Shown one piece after another: positions 32,211 to 43,779 of a DNA stretch of 64,000 bases (position 1 is the first letter of the stretch; each line of letters begins with the position of its first letter). The notes under the pieces are model-generated. The model did not search any database and was not told where the DNA came from. It was given only the letters and a program-made list of their open reading frames with translations. The position numbers were made by a program, and so were the translations under genes. Source of the stretch: Methanocellales archaeon (lineage in GTDB: Archaea; Halobacteriota; UBA148; JAUWXC01); contig JAUWQV010000004.1 in NCBI GenBank assembly GCA_030610945.1, positions 53,812-117,811 on the forward strand. The letters are read 5' to 3'.

Positions 32211-33998
32211 ATGTCATCCAAAGAATCGGTTGACCGGCTTGATTTTGCCGACACGACGGAATTGATAGAGGACGTATTAGCAAAAAGGAGCTGGCTAACC
32301 AAGGAGAACTCGAACACACGTGTCAGTCCCTCGCTTATAGACCTGCACGTTGCATCGCAGGCAAAAAAGAGATACGCATTGGAAAAGCTCTACAGCAAGA
32401 ATGTGACGCAAAATCACATAGATGGGCACATCCACATCCATGACCTTCACAGCCCGTTTAGCCCTTATTGTACGGGACATGATGGCCGCGTGTTTCTCCT
32501 CGATGGTTTACGATTTCCAGACGTGCGAAGCAATCCAGCAAAAAGATTTGAGGCTGCCGTCTATCACACGATGGCGTTCATGTTTCATGCCCAGCAGTTT
32601 TTTGCCGGCGCTCAGGCAGTGGATATCTTTAACTGGCTGCTTGCACCCCACCTTCATTACGACGACCTGAGTTTGGAGCAAACCGAACAAGTCCTGCAGG
32701 GATTTTGCTTTCAGATGAATGAGTCCAACAGAATTGGCTCACAGAGTGCCTTCACCAACATTGGCATGAGAGTGAAATGCCCACCATATCTCAAGAAGGA
32801 GCCTGCGGTCTGGGCTGGAAAGCGACTGGACGAAACGTATGAAGATTTTGAAGAGGAGGCACGAGCCATCTACCAAGCCACGATGAAGGTGATGGGAGAA
32901 GGGGACGCGGATGGCGCGCCTTTTACGTTCCCGCTTGTGACGACTGCCATAACCAAGGACCTTGACTGGGATGATCCGTTATGGAACGCTACCATGAAGG
33001 CAGCTGTACAAACCGGTGCGCCATACTTCCTAAACCTGGCTGCTGATTACCTCGACGAGAATTTCGTACAGGCGATGTGCTGCAGATTGCTCGTCGCCCA
33101 CGCAGGAGGCATATGGACAGCCGGCGGCATGGGAACCGGTTCAAATAAGATTATCACATTAAATTTACCAAGGATTGCCCTTGAAACGAAAAATGAATCA
33201 GGATTCTTTGAATTGTTGGATGAGAAACTGGAAATAGCGCGCCTTGGATTGCTCGAGAGCAACAAGATAATCAAAAAATCGTTGGATGAATGGGGGCTTC
33301 TCCCATGGCTGAAGTTGAAGACCAAGGGTGGAATGCCCTACTATGATTTCAAGAATAGGAGGCTGACATTTGGTATGGTAGGATTAAATGAATGTCTCTA
33401 CAATTTAACAGGTGAGACATTGGCCGCGCAGACCGAACTTGGCATAAATATCATAAAACACATGCTGGATAGAATTGACGAGTTTTCCAAGAATGATGGA
33501 ATCGTATACACGTTTGAGCAGACACCAGCAGAGAGCACGGCACATCGATTTGCCATGCTCGATAAATCCCGTTTTCCTAAGAAAGCGTACGTCCAGGGTT
33601 CTGATGATATAGCGTATTATACAAACAGCACACATGTACCGTATCATTCTGACATACCCCTGACCGATAAGATTAAAATCGAGGCCGAGTTTCACCCCTA
33701 TTTCACGGGAGGCGCGATATGCCATATATGGATGGGGGAGAGCAGACCTGACCCTAGTGGACTGAAGGAATTCATCCGGAACCTATCAAACACGAAACTG
33801 GCATACTTCACCTTCTCACCGGATTTTAGTGTGTGTGAAAGTGGGCATGTGTCAAGGGGCAAGAACAAGCAATGTCCAACCTGTAATGGAAAAATCATCG
33901 ATTATATATCCAGGGTTACAGGTTATTATGGCCGCACAAGCCACTGGAATCCTGGGAAACAGGAAGAATATGAGAATAGAAAGAGGTACGCTGTATGA
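32211..33998 (+). CDS. nrdD: class III anaerobic ribonucleotide reductase without ATP cone
   Basis: IHIHDL, PYC, MCCR, TLNLPR, QTPAES, YYTNS, C-terminal Zn site and glycyl-radical loop SRVTGYY. Confidence 0.92.
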   Translation: MSSKESVDRLDFADTTELIEDVLAKRSWLTKENSNTRVSPSLIDLHVASQAKKRYALEKLYSKNVTQNHIDGHIHIHDLHSPFSPYCTGHDGRVFLLDGLRFPDVRSNPAKRFEAAVYHTMAFMFHAQQFFAGAQAVDIFNWLLAPHLHYDDLSLEQTEQVLQGFCFQMNESNRIGSQSAFTNIGMRVKCPPYLKKEPAVWAGKRLDETYEDFEEEARAIYQATMKVMGEGDADGAPFTFPLVTTAITKDLDWDDPLWNATMKAAVQTGAPYFLNLAADYLDENFVQAMCCRLLVAHAGGIWTAGGMGTGSNKIITLNLPRIALETKNESGFFELLDEKLEIARLGLLESNKIIKKSLDEWGLLPWLKLKTKGGMPYYDFKNRRLTFGMVGLNECLYNLTGETLAAQTELGINIIKHMLDRIDEFSKNDGIVYTFEQTPAESTAHRFAMLDKSRFPKKAYVQGSDDIAYYTNSTHVPYHSDIPLTDKIKIEAEFHPYFTGGAICHIWMGESRPDPSGLKEFIRNLSNTKLAYFTFSPDFSVCESGHVSRGKNKQCPTCNGKIIDYISRVTGYYGRTSHWNPGKQEEYENRKRYAV

Positions 33999-34783
33999 AA
34001 AGAATTGCAATTATAGGCGGAAGCGGGATTTACGACCTTGACATATTGAATAATCCCCAAGAGAGGAGCATCGAGACGGAATATGGGACGGCAAAAGTAA
34101 AAATGGGATTATATGAAGGTCAAGAGGTCGTTTTCCTGGCAAGGCATGGGAAAGGGCATGCACTGCCGCCACACAAAATCAATTACAGGGCTAACATCGC
34201 TGCGCTGAAGAAGTTGGGCGTGGAAAGGATTATCGGAACCACATCTGTTGGAGGCATAAGCGCAAAGCTGAGGCCGGGAGATTTCGTTCTACTGGACCAG
34301 TTCATCGATTTCACCAAGAATAGGACCTACACATTCTATGACGATGCCGTGCATGTGGACATGACTCGCCCCTATTGCCCGGAGATTAGGAAAACTGTCA
34401 TGATGGCAGCGGAGATGCTGAAGGTAAAGGTGCATGAGAAGGGCACGTATGTCTGCACCGAAGGACCCAGACTTGAAACAAGTGCAGAAATCAAGATGTT
34501 CGCATCTCTTGGAGGCGATGTCATTGGGATGACGAATGTACCGGAGTGCATTCTCGCAAGGGAGGCTGAGATTTGTTATGGAGCAATTGCGTTAGTTGCA
34601 AATCCCGCAGCTGGCTTTACAGACAAAATCAGTTACCAAGATATCGTTGAGATGACCAAATCCGGAGGAGAGACACTAAAGAGTCTTCTGACGAAGAGCA
34701 TATCGCTGATGCCAGAAGAGCGAAGATGTGCATGTAAAGATGCATTAAAAGGCGCCCATTTCGGAGAGCTTTTTACCAAATGA
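33995..34783 (+). CDS. mtnP: 5'-methylthioadenosine/methylthioinosine phosphorylase
   Basis: IIGGSG, LARHG, NYRANI, EGPRLET.AE, GMT..PE. Confidence 0.9.
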   Translation: MKRIAIIGGSGIYDLDILNNPQERSIETEYGTAKVKMGLYEGQEVVFLARHGKGHALPPHKINYRANIAALKKLGVERIIGTTSVGGISAKLRPGDFVLLDQFIDFTKNRTYTFYDDAVHVDMTRPYCPEIRKTVMMAAEMLKVKVHEKGTYVCTEGPRLETSAEIKMFASLGGDVIGMTNVPECILAREAEICYGAIALVANPAAGFTDKISYQDIVEMTKSGGETLKSLLTKSISLMPEERRCACKDALKGAHFGELFTK

Positions 34784-34803
34784 CATCAAAAGTGCAACTG
34801 TCA

Positions 34804-34922
34804 TGCGGCTGCCGGGATTCGAACCCGGGCTTCAAGCTATTTCCGAAACTTCGGATTTTTGATGAAACTTTTGGTAAAAGTTTCTTGGGAAGCTTAAGTC
34901 CTAACCACTAGACTACAGCCGC
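34804..34922 (-). tRNA. tRNA-Gly(CCC) with a 47-nt intron at canonical position 37/38 (intron 34839-34885)
   Basis: acceptor GCGGCTG/CAGCCGC, D arm GTCT/GGAC, anticodon arm TAAGC-TTCCCA^A-GCTTG, T arm CCGGG-TTCGAAT-CCCGG; BHB central helix TTCC/GGAA with 3-nt bulges; TTTAATAT box about 42 nt upstream. Confidence 0.93.
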
Positions 34923-35096
34923 TGATTGTTGTCGAAGTGCTACACTATGTAGGAGGGACCCCCATATTAAACTTACAATGACATATGGCCCACTAAAGGT
35001 CGCAGTATTATCGACTCAGGCGTTCAGTCACATCGCAATACCCTTTATGAAATCGGCTACCAAGCACACAAAATCCCATCTGGTGAAGGGCAATGC

Positions 35097-36823
<1,727 letters not shown>

Positions 36824-36825
36824 CC

Positions 36826-37104
36826 TTATTGCGCCTTCTTCTTGAACTTCCTCTTGAACTCGTCGCATTGTTTGCTCAGCAGGGCAGATGCATCCTTCAG
36901 CGCCTCAATTGGGTCGCTGTCCTTCGTCCGCAGATATAGTATAGGATCGCTGATGCCAGGGAACTCAATGTCATAGGTGGCGATTTTCACATCTTCATTT
37001 TGAAGAAGTGCTGACTTCAGCGCATTTAAAAAGGTATGGTCCTCCCCCTTGATTTCCAGCTCGAGCTCGTGCTTAGTTTTCCTCAAGACTTTTATTCCAC
37101 TCAT
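36826..37104 (-). CDS. rpoL: RNA polymerase subunit Rpo11 (L)
   Basis: ELEIKGEDHTFLNAL; downstream of csl4. Confidence 0.92.
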   Translation of the reverse strand: MSGIKVLRKTKHELELEIKGEDHTFLNALKSALLQNEDVKIATYDIEFPGISDPILYLRTKDSDPIEALKDASALLSKQCDEFKRKFKKKAQ

Positions 37105-37112
37105 ATTTTCAC

Positions 37113-37682
37113 CTAAACAATCCCTGAGCCGTAATCCTCTGCAATTTTTCGCGTTTCTGTATGCTTGCACTTCGGGCACTCAAGTTTATCGCCCTTTCTT
37201 TTCAATGCAGTCGTGCATTTAGAGCAAAATGCCTTGATGACGCCCAAGTCCCTGCCATCAGTGCTGAGTCGCAAGGTCTTGGCATCAATTACCTTCGCCC
37301 TTACGATATCCTGGTAGCCGAATTCATAGGAAAGGTCCTTGACATACGCATTTTTCACATTAGAGATATGAATCGCCCCCTGCTCGGGAATGGCAATCGC
37401 TCTGTCTTCTTGGCCCTTAATACATGCGATATCCACAAGGGCAACTGAACCTTTAAGGTCCAAGATGCGCCCTATAACAATATTCCCTTCATTTGGGATA
37501 GGGGGCACATCGGTCCTGGGCAAGACAGAGACACTTCTCTCCTTTGAATTGACCTGAACAATACCAACATTTGCCGCACAGATACTCCCATCAGCCTCGT
37601 AAGTGCCTGGACCTGGAAGAAACTCCTCGGAAGTTCCGATAAAATCACCAGGCAGAACAAGTTCACTCTTTGTTTCTTGCAT
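37113..37682 (-). CDS. csl4: exosome RNA-binding subunit Csl4
   Basis: VLPGD.IG..EE, S1 domain, [19 protein letters not shown]. Confidence 0.93.
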   Translation of the reverse strand: MQETKSELVLPGDFIGTSEEFLPGPGTYEADGSICAANVGIVQVNSKERSVSVLPRTDVPPIPNEGNIVIGRILDLKGSVALVDIACIKGQEDRAIAIPEQGAIHISNVKNAYVKDLSYEFGYQDIVRAKVIDAKTLRLSTDGRDLGVIKAFCSKCTTALKRKGDKLECPKCKHTETRKIAEDYGSGIV

Positions 37683-38295
37683 CTTTCTCTCTCCGCTCAA
37701 ATCTGTATAATTCTACGTTCACAAGTTTTATATCTTTTTTGTGGAATCCAAACGTTCGCTTCATCGGAAATTCTATTCCAGCACAGTCAGTTATAATGCC
37801 ATATGGCTGGATATACTTGCTGATGAACCCCATACTGCCAGCATTATGAAGTGAGTAAACGACTTTTCCAATTTCCAGCGCCTTTTGCAGGAATGGCCGG
37901 TCACTCGCTTTTATCTGCGCCCCGAATGGCGGATTCATTACCACCGTGGGACTGGTACTCCGATGCGCATGGATTGTAACATTTCTCACATCACAACAGA
38001 TGAATTCGACATCAACTCCAAGATTTCTGGCATTGGCCCTTGCAATGCGTAGCGCCCCTACATCGCTGTCAACACCTATAACTCTTTCTGCTCCCAGTAG
38101 CTTCGCACCTATGGTAAGAATACCAGTGCCGCATCCAAGGTCGTACACAACGCCATTAAGATCGCCACGCATATAGGCAAAATAAAGCAGTTCGGCAACG
38201 ATGGTCGCGGGCGTCAAATACTGCTCCCTGCGTATATTCGGCTTGGAAAAACCCTGAACCTTTTCCAAGAGGATTTCAAGTTGTTTTTTCTTCAT
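37663..38295 (-). CDS. METTL5-family SAM-dependent methyltransferase
   Basis: EQYLTP, DLGCGTG, MNPPFG. Confidence 0.9.
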   Translation of the reverse strand: MKKKQLEILLEKVQGFSKPNIRREQYLTPATIVAELLYFAYMRGDLNGVVYDLGCGTGILTIGAKLLGAERVIGVDSDVGALRIARANARNLGVDVEFICCDVRNVTIHAHRSTSPTVVMNPPFGAQIKASDRPFLQKALEIGKVVYSLHNAGSMGFISKYIQPYGIITDCAGIEFPMKRTFGFHKKDIKLVNVELYRFERREKDARNKE

Positions 38296-39271
38296 TGCAT
38301 CCGCCCAGAATCTCATCAAACTTAATTTTGCTCCAGTCCCGCTCACCCAGAACTATCTCAAACTCGATGGGGCTGAGCACAGGCTTCTTAAACAACGCGA
38401 CATCGTCGATTGCGATTCTCGGACATGCTGTATCGACAAATGCATCCACTCTAAATTGAGTTAGCTGCCCAGATGTGATTTCATTCATAAAAATTATGTG
38501 CGCATCGAGATGCTTTTTTTTAGCCTTTTGACATAATTTTTCTGCCAAGCTCAGCCTCATCTGGAGCTTTTTGGTACCGACTAGTATTCCAAAGGAGTTG
38601 ACATCCAGCGCTTTAGCAATAACAGCATGCCTCTGTCGAAGGATTTGCTCAGGGTTAGCCTCCCTTGCCTCATTGAGTGTTGGGTCTGCGACTATGACTC
38701 GTTTTCCAGTGGCAAGCGCTACACCCAAAGGATGAAAATCACCGCTACCGACATAGATGAATTCATCCACATTTACACGCGCAGCAGAAAAATTGCATCC
38801 AAGCACTTGCCCATCGTACTTAATCCGCGAGTCACCCTTTCCGATAACGCATCTCTTCCCATACTTGGTAAGAAAATCCCTTGCTTCATTCAACTTGTGG
38901 ACATGCTGAACCGTTGCAACTAATCCGATGCTATTGCCTTTGAGCATCTTGAGCGCTTGCTCCAATGCAGGAATAACTTCTGCGTTCGACCTGGCCTCGA
39001 TAAACACCACTTTCTCAAGTGGCTCTATCTCTGCATGCCCAAAATGAAATAAGATGTCGACACAATCACGCAGTGCATAGTCCACATCACAAGCGCCATA
39101 GCATGGATTCCCTGAAATATATACAACGGCGCCGGTCTTCTCTTGAATTTCATTGGCGACTGTTAATCCACGCAGCTTAAGCCCTCCCGGAAACTGCAAT
39201 CCAACTCTTTGGGCGCCCCTTTTTTCTATAATGGATATGACGCGCTCCATATCTAAATCAAAACTATTCAT
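38276..39271 (-). CDS. dph2: diphthamide biosynthesis enzyme Dph2
   Basis: LQFP.GLK, CYGACD, GQVLGC, ACPRI. Confidence 0.93.
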   Translation of the reverse strand: MNSFDLDMERVISIIEKRGAQRVGLQFPGGLKLRGLTVANEIQEKTGAVVYISGNPCYGACDVDYALRDCVDILFHFGHAEIEPLEKVVFIEARSNAEVIPALEQALKMLKGNSIGLVATVQHVHKLNEARDFLTKYGKRCVIGKGDSRIKYDGQVLGCNFSAARVNVDEFIYVGSGDFHPLGVALATGKRVIVADPTLNEAREANPEQILRQRHAVIAKALDVNSFGILVGTKKLQMRLSLAEKLCQKAKKKHLDAHIIFMNEITSGQLTQFRVDAFVDTACPRIAIDDVALFKKPVLSPIEFEIVLGERDWSKIKFDEILGGCNEEKTT

Positions 39272-39830
39272 CTGCACTCCGCTTGATGATGACCTTGCCC
39301 TCAGAAACGTCAACGTCAATCAATGCCCTTGCGTTGTAGCCCATTTTCATGAGTTCCTCAACGCCATTGCCCCTGCTGAACACGACAAAGATATCTTTAA
39401 TCTCAGCGCCAGCGATTTTGAGTGCTTCAATCGTCGCCCGCATCGTGCCACCAGTAGAGATGACATCATCGACTATCAACACTTTGTCCCCTTTATGAAT
39501 GCCGTTCAGGTATAACTCGCCCTTTGAATACCCAGTCGCCTGATGCACGGCGATTTCTCCAGGCAAGCCATACATCCTTTTCCTGATGATTACCATAGGA
39601 ATACCAGTCTTTAACGAGAGGGCGGTCCCGATATGAATCCCCATTGCCTCTATTGTTACGATCTTGTCCACGTTTGTCTCCGCATTTTTAGCGATGTAGG
39701 ATGTTATCTCTTCAATAAGACTTGGCTGCAACTCCGGTACGCCATCTGTTATAGGGTGAACGAAATAATGGTAATCGCCCTTTTTAACGATGGGTACACC
39801 TTTCAGCGATGCCTTTAATATATCTAACAT
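39264..39830 (-). CDS. hpt: hypoxanthine/guanine phosphoribosyltransferase
   Basis: [26 protein letters not shown]. Confidence 0.92.
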   Translation of the reverse strand: MLDILKASLKGVPIVKKGDYHYFVHPITDGVPELQPSLIEEITSYIAKNAETNVDKIVTIEAMGIHIGTALSLKTGIPMVIIRKRMYGLPGEIAVHQATGYSKGELYLNGIHKGDKVLIVDDVISTGGTMRATIEALKIAGAEIKDIFVVFSRGNGVEELMKMGYNARALIDVDVSEGKVIIKRSADE

Positions 39831-40960
39831 TTTGCCACACCCAGTACATCTTTTAAATCGTCGAGGAATGTATTCAAGATTTCCTCTGTTAGGTGAGGCA
39901 TGACAACCAAGCGCAGGGCTTTTGGTTCAAATATAGTAGACACATACCAGTTTCGCTCTTTGAGCCTGAATGCAACCTCTTCTGGAGAATTAACGCGCAA
40001 CGCGATAACGTTAGTTACCGGCTGAATGGCAAGAGGAATGCCCATAACAGCTGCCTCTTGTTCAATCATTGAAACTAACTTCATACAGCGCGTTACGATG
40101 CGTTTATAGCCGCTTCGCCCAAGATATTTGAAAACAGCATACGTCGCCGCTATGGATGCGCCGGTTCTTGTCCCTGCAAGCGTGTGCTGCGCTCTCGAGG
40201 CCAAGTATGGCGTTGAGGTGGTGAGAGCATCCAAGCACGCCCTATCCCTGAAGAGCAGAGCACTGGAGGGAATGGTGCTGGTGCCCATCTTGTGTGGGTC
40301 TACTGTCATCGATGACACTCCCTGCACCTTGAAATCGAATGAATACTCTTTGTCTAAAAAAGGGATTACTAGGCCTCCAAATGCGGCATCTACATGCAGG
40401 AATAAGTCATGAGACAGCGCTATCTCTGCTAACACATCTATTGGGTCGATCTGTCCGAGTCCCGTGGTACCCGCTATTCCTACAAGGGCAATGGTATTTT
40501 TATCGGTCAACACTTCCACAGACGCTGGATCCACTCTGAACTCTTCATCCAGCGATGCCTTCCTGAGCTCTATCCCTAGAACATCCGCAGCCTTGTCAAA
40601 TGAGAAGTGCGCTGATTCGGGAATGACAACGTTGGGATGCGCCTTTCCGCTTAGATTTCTTGCTGCCCTGAGAGCCTGAATATTTGACTCGGTGCCGCCG
40701 GCCGTGACATAACCATGGGCATTTGGCGCGTGTAGTAGAGAACCGAGCATTGTTATTACGCGCCCTTCTAATTCCTTAGTGCCAGAAAAAACAGTGGGGT
40801 CACCTAGATTCGTTTCTATGAACTCCGTATGCGCTTTGACTGCCAAAGGATGGGGCATGGTGCACATCGAGCTGAGTACCCGTTCAAATGGCACATCCTT
40901 TTCTTTGATGTTGTGTAGGATATTAAGGACTTTGCTTTCCGCGGTCCCGGTTTCATCCAT
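39824..40960 (-). CDS. mfnA: L-tyrosine/L-aspartate decarboxylase
   Basis: [35 protein letters not shown]. Confidence 0.93.
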   Translation of the reverse strand: MDETGTAESKVLNILHNIKEKDVPFERVLSSMCTMPHPLAVKAHTEFIETNLGDPTVFSGTKELEGRVITMLGSLLHAPNAHGYVTAGGTESNIQALRAARNLSGKAHPNVVIPESAHFSFDKAADVLGIELRKASLDEEFRVDPASVEVLTDKNTIALVGIAGTTGLGQIDPIDVLAEIALSHDLFLHVDAAFGGLVIPFLDKEYSFDFKVQGVSSMTVDPHKMGTSTIPSSALLFRDRACLDALTTSTPYLASRAQHTLAGTRTGASIAATYAVFKYLGRSGYKRIVTRCMKLVSMIEQEAAVMGIPLAIQPVTNVIALRVNSPEEVAFRLKERNWYVSTIFEPKALRLVVMPHLTEEILNTFLDDLKDVLGVAKC

Positions 40961-40969
40961 CGCCTACCC

Positions 40970-43231
40970 CTACAATGATTTCCTTGCTGTATCGAGGATT
41001 ATTCGCTGCTCAGTCCTAGCAACCATCTCCCGAACCGACTCAACGGCGTCGATATTTGCAGAGATGCTGGAAATGCCCATCTCCACCAACTTCTGCGCCA
41101 TCTTGGGATATGACCCGGCCTGCCCGCAGATGGATGTTTTCACACCTGCCTTATTGCACTCGGCAATCACGTATTCGATAAGTTTTAGAACCGCAGGATG
41201 TTGCTCGTCATACAAATAGGCCACGTTCTCGTTGTTTCTGTCTACTGCCAGCGTATACTGTGTCAGGTCATTGGTGCCGAATGACACGAAATCTAGGCCT
41301 TCTTTAATGAATTGGTCGATGGTCAACGCAGATGCAGGGGTTTCGACCATTATGCCTATCTCGATTTTATCCAGGTTCAATCCAACCTCTCTCATGATAG
41401 TTTTAGCCCTGCGCAACTCTTCCGGATGCTGTACCAGCGGTAACATAATTCCAACGTTGTTATACCCCATCTCATACAACTTCTTGAATGCCTGTAACTC
41501 AAGCTTGAAATGCTCTGCCTCGGTCAAGTCCCGCCGAATACCTCTCCAGCCCAGCATGGGGTTTGGTTCCTCCGGTTCATCCTCGCCGCCTTTCATGCTC
41601 CTGAACTCATCCGTTGGAGCATCGAGCGTCCTGACCCACACTGGCTTTGGATAAAATGCGTCAGCGACGGCTTGGATTCCCTTGACCAATTCAGCTACGT
41701 ATTCGTCTGATTTGTTCTCTCTGATGTACAGCATAGGGTGTTTGTTCAATCCCAAAATCATGTGCTCGATTCTGAGCAACCCCACTCCATCAGCCCCTGT
41801 TGCTGCTGCTTTCTGTGCAGCCTCTGGGATGGATATGTTCACCTTCACCTCTGTCACCGTAATGGGCTTCGCCTTTGTAATTGTGGAAGCGATCGCTGGC
41901 TTCTCCTCAACCCGTTCCAGTACTCCTTCATACACATACCCCTTCTCTCCATCTACTGTCACCATCATGTCATCTTTCAGCGCCTTTGTAGCCTCTTTGG
42001 TGCCAACGACGGCGGGTGTTCCAAGCTCACGCGATACGATGGCGGCATGGCAGGTTAAACCCCCTTCATCGGTTATGATCGCTGCCGCCCTCTTCATAGC
42101 TGGAACCATGTCAGGGGTAGTCATAGCAGTGACCAGAATGTCCCCCTCATTGACTTTGTCCAGTTCATCGAGTTGCATCACGATTCTTACTTTCCCGGAT
42201 GCAATACCTGGTGAGGCGCCGAGACCTTCTAAGATTGCTTTTCCAGTGGCCTTCGCCGCCTCTTTAACCGGCATCTTCTGAATCGTCGTGATTGGCCTAG
42301 ACTGCAGCATATGGATTTTTTCGTTCTCTATCGCCCATTCGACATCTTGTGGAGAGCCATAGTGCCTCTCAAGCAGCTCTCCAAACTCGGTTAACTTCAG
42401 CACTTCTTCATCGCTTAGAACGGGCTTATCCACCAAGTCCTTTGGCGTCTCCTGCTGAATGGTGCGCCCTGTCTTAGGATCTTTAATATGCATGACCTTC
42501 TTGCTCGAAATCTTGCGCTGGATGATGTTCCCCGTCTGCCTATCAACCACATAGTTATCTGGAGAAACGGCTCCGGAGACAACGGTCTCGCCCAATCCCC
42601 AACTTGCCTCTACAATGCATAGCGGCTCGCCAGATGTGGGGTGGGAAGTGAACATGACACCTGCCTTCTCAGCATCTACCATTTTCTGAATGACGACGGA
42701 AATGTAAACGTGCCTGTGGTCAAAACCCTGCTTAACTCTATAGAATATCGCCCTCGCACCGTATAGCGATGCCCAGCACTGTTTGACCGCATCAACAACG
42801 GCTTTTCCTCCAGAGATGTTCAGAAAGGTATCCTGCTGACCTGCAAAGGATGCATCTGGTAAATCTTCTGCAGTTGCGCTGGACCTGACGGCAACAAATA
42901 TGTTTTTGCCCTCCCTCCTGCACAACTCCTCGTACGCACCCAGTATCTCTTTCTCGATGTCGGGTGGCATCTGGCTATTCAAAATCAAATCCTTGGCAAC
43001 TTTCTCGGCATTCTTTAACATCTCAGGATTGTCGACATCCACATCTAATGCCTTGAATAATTTATCAGCTATCTTAGTTTCCTCTATGAATCGCTTAAAT
43101 GTGGGTGCTGTCACCGCAAACCCTCTTGGAACTGGTAGCTCTGCGTTTATCATTTCACCAAGACTTGCGCCTTTGCCCCCTACTAAAGGTATGTCGCCAG
43201 ACCTTACTTCCTCCAACCATGCAATTATCAT
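40970..43231 (-). CDS. ppsA: phosphoenolpyruvate synthase
   Basis: GGKGASLGE, RSSATAEDLP.ASFAGQQ, GGLTCHAAIVSRE, NPMLGWRG, SFGTNDLTQ. Confidence 0.97.
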   Translation of the reverse strand: MIIAWLEEVRSGDIPLVGGKGASLGEMINAELPVPRGFAVTAPTFKRFIEETKIADKLFKALDVDVDNPEMLKNAEKVAKDLILNSQMPPDIEKEILGAYEELCRREGKNIFVAVRSSATAEDLPDASFAGQQDTFLNISGGKAVVDAVKQCWASLYGARAIFYRVKQGFDHRHVYISVVIQKMVDAEKAGVMFTSHPTSGEPLCIVEASWGLGETVVSGAVSPDNYVVDRQTGNIIQRKISSKKVMHIKDPKTGRTIQQETPKDLVDKPVLSDEEVLKLTEFGELLERHYGSPQDVEWAIENEKIHMLQSRPITTIQKMPVKEAAKATGKAILEGLGASPGIASGKVRIVMQLDELDKVNEGDILVTAMTTPDMVPAMKRAAAIITDEGGLTCHAAIVSRELGTPAVVGTKEATKALKDDMMVTVDGEKGYVYEGVLERVEEKPAIASTITKAKPITVTEVKVNISIPEAAQKAAATGADGVGLLRIEHMILGLNKHPMLYIRENKSDEYVAELVKGIQAVADAFYPKPVWVRTLDAPTDEFRSMKGGEDEPEEPNPMLGWRGIRRDLTEAEHFKLELQAFKKLYEMGYNNVGIMLPLVQHPEELRRAKTIMREVGLNLDKIEIGIMVETPASALTIDQFIKEGLDFVSFGTNDLTQYTLAVDRNNENVAYLYDEQHPAVLKLIEYVIAECNKAGVKTSICGQAGSYPKMAQKLVEMGISSISANIDAVESVREMVARTEQRIILDTARKSL

Positions 43232-43599
43232 ATTTTAGCCTCCTCAAGTGCAATACCCAAAATTTGGTCAAGTTTATCACGTGGGATTTCAAGTTCCTTC
43301 GCAATTCTATCAAAGAAAGGAAACTCAATTTCCTTGCCCTGTGCCCTGTATGCTCTCACGGCCTCGGTTATAGATAGCATGCAAGAAAAGTTATGGATAA
43401 AGTGAATTGTAGGATTTACCGTGCCGCCTTCAATGCGCGATATTGTTTCACGCCTAAGCCCCATCAACTCGCTTAACTGCTTTTGTGTCATCCCGTATTT
43501 TTTTCTGTACCTACGGATTACATCTCCGTGCGTTGACGAAATCACTATAGAACCTGCAATATCCTGTGCAAATTTAATCAACCATTCGGGCGCATACAT
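43228..43599 (-). CDS. XRE-family HTH transcriptional regulator heading the ppsA operon
   Basis: IRRYRKKYGMTQKQLSELMGLRRETISRIEGG..NPT. Confidence 0.88.
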   Translation of the reverse strand: MYAPEWLIKFAQDIAGSIVISSTHGDVIRRYRKKYGMTQKQLSELMGLRRETISRIEGGTVNPTIHFIHNFSCMLSITEAVRAYRAQGKEIEFPFFDRIAKELEIPRDKLDQILGIALEEAKI

Positions 43600-43609
43600 A
43601 ACTACTCCA

Positions 43610-43630
43610 ATGTTACATATTATGTAACAT
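43610..43630. promoter_or_regulatory. perfect palindromic operator candidate
   Basis: ATGTTACATA-T-TATGTAACAT, 10 nt upstream of the HTH start codon, in the divergent HTH/serA intergenic region. Confidence 0.7.
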
Positions 43631-43779
43631 AATTATGCCAAATTCAGAAAGTATTAGAAAGTATTTAAATCTTTCTAATTATTGTGATATATTAAGTCAC
43701 ACCATGCAACACATCAGGTGGAGAGCATCCAACGAAAAGATAAAAAGGAAGTAATTCAATTATCATTTGAGGAGTTGAA

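Noticed and set aside
34804-34922. tRNA-Gly as the integration site of the 52-64 kb element
   Set aside because: It is 17 kb away and flanked by housekeeping genes, and I saw no duplicate of its 3' end in the island.
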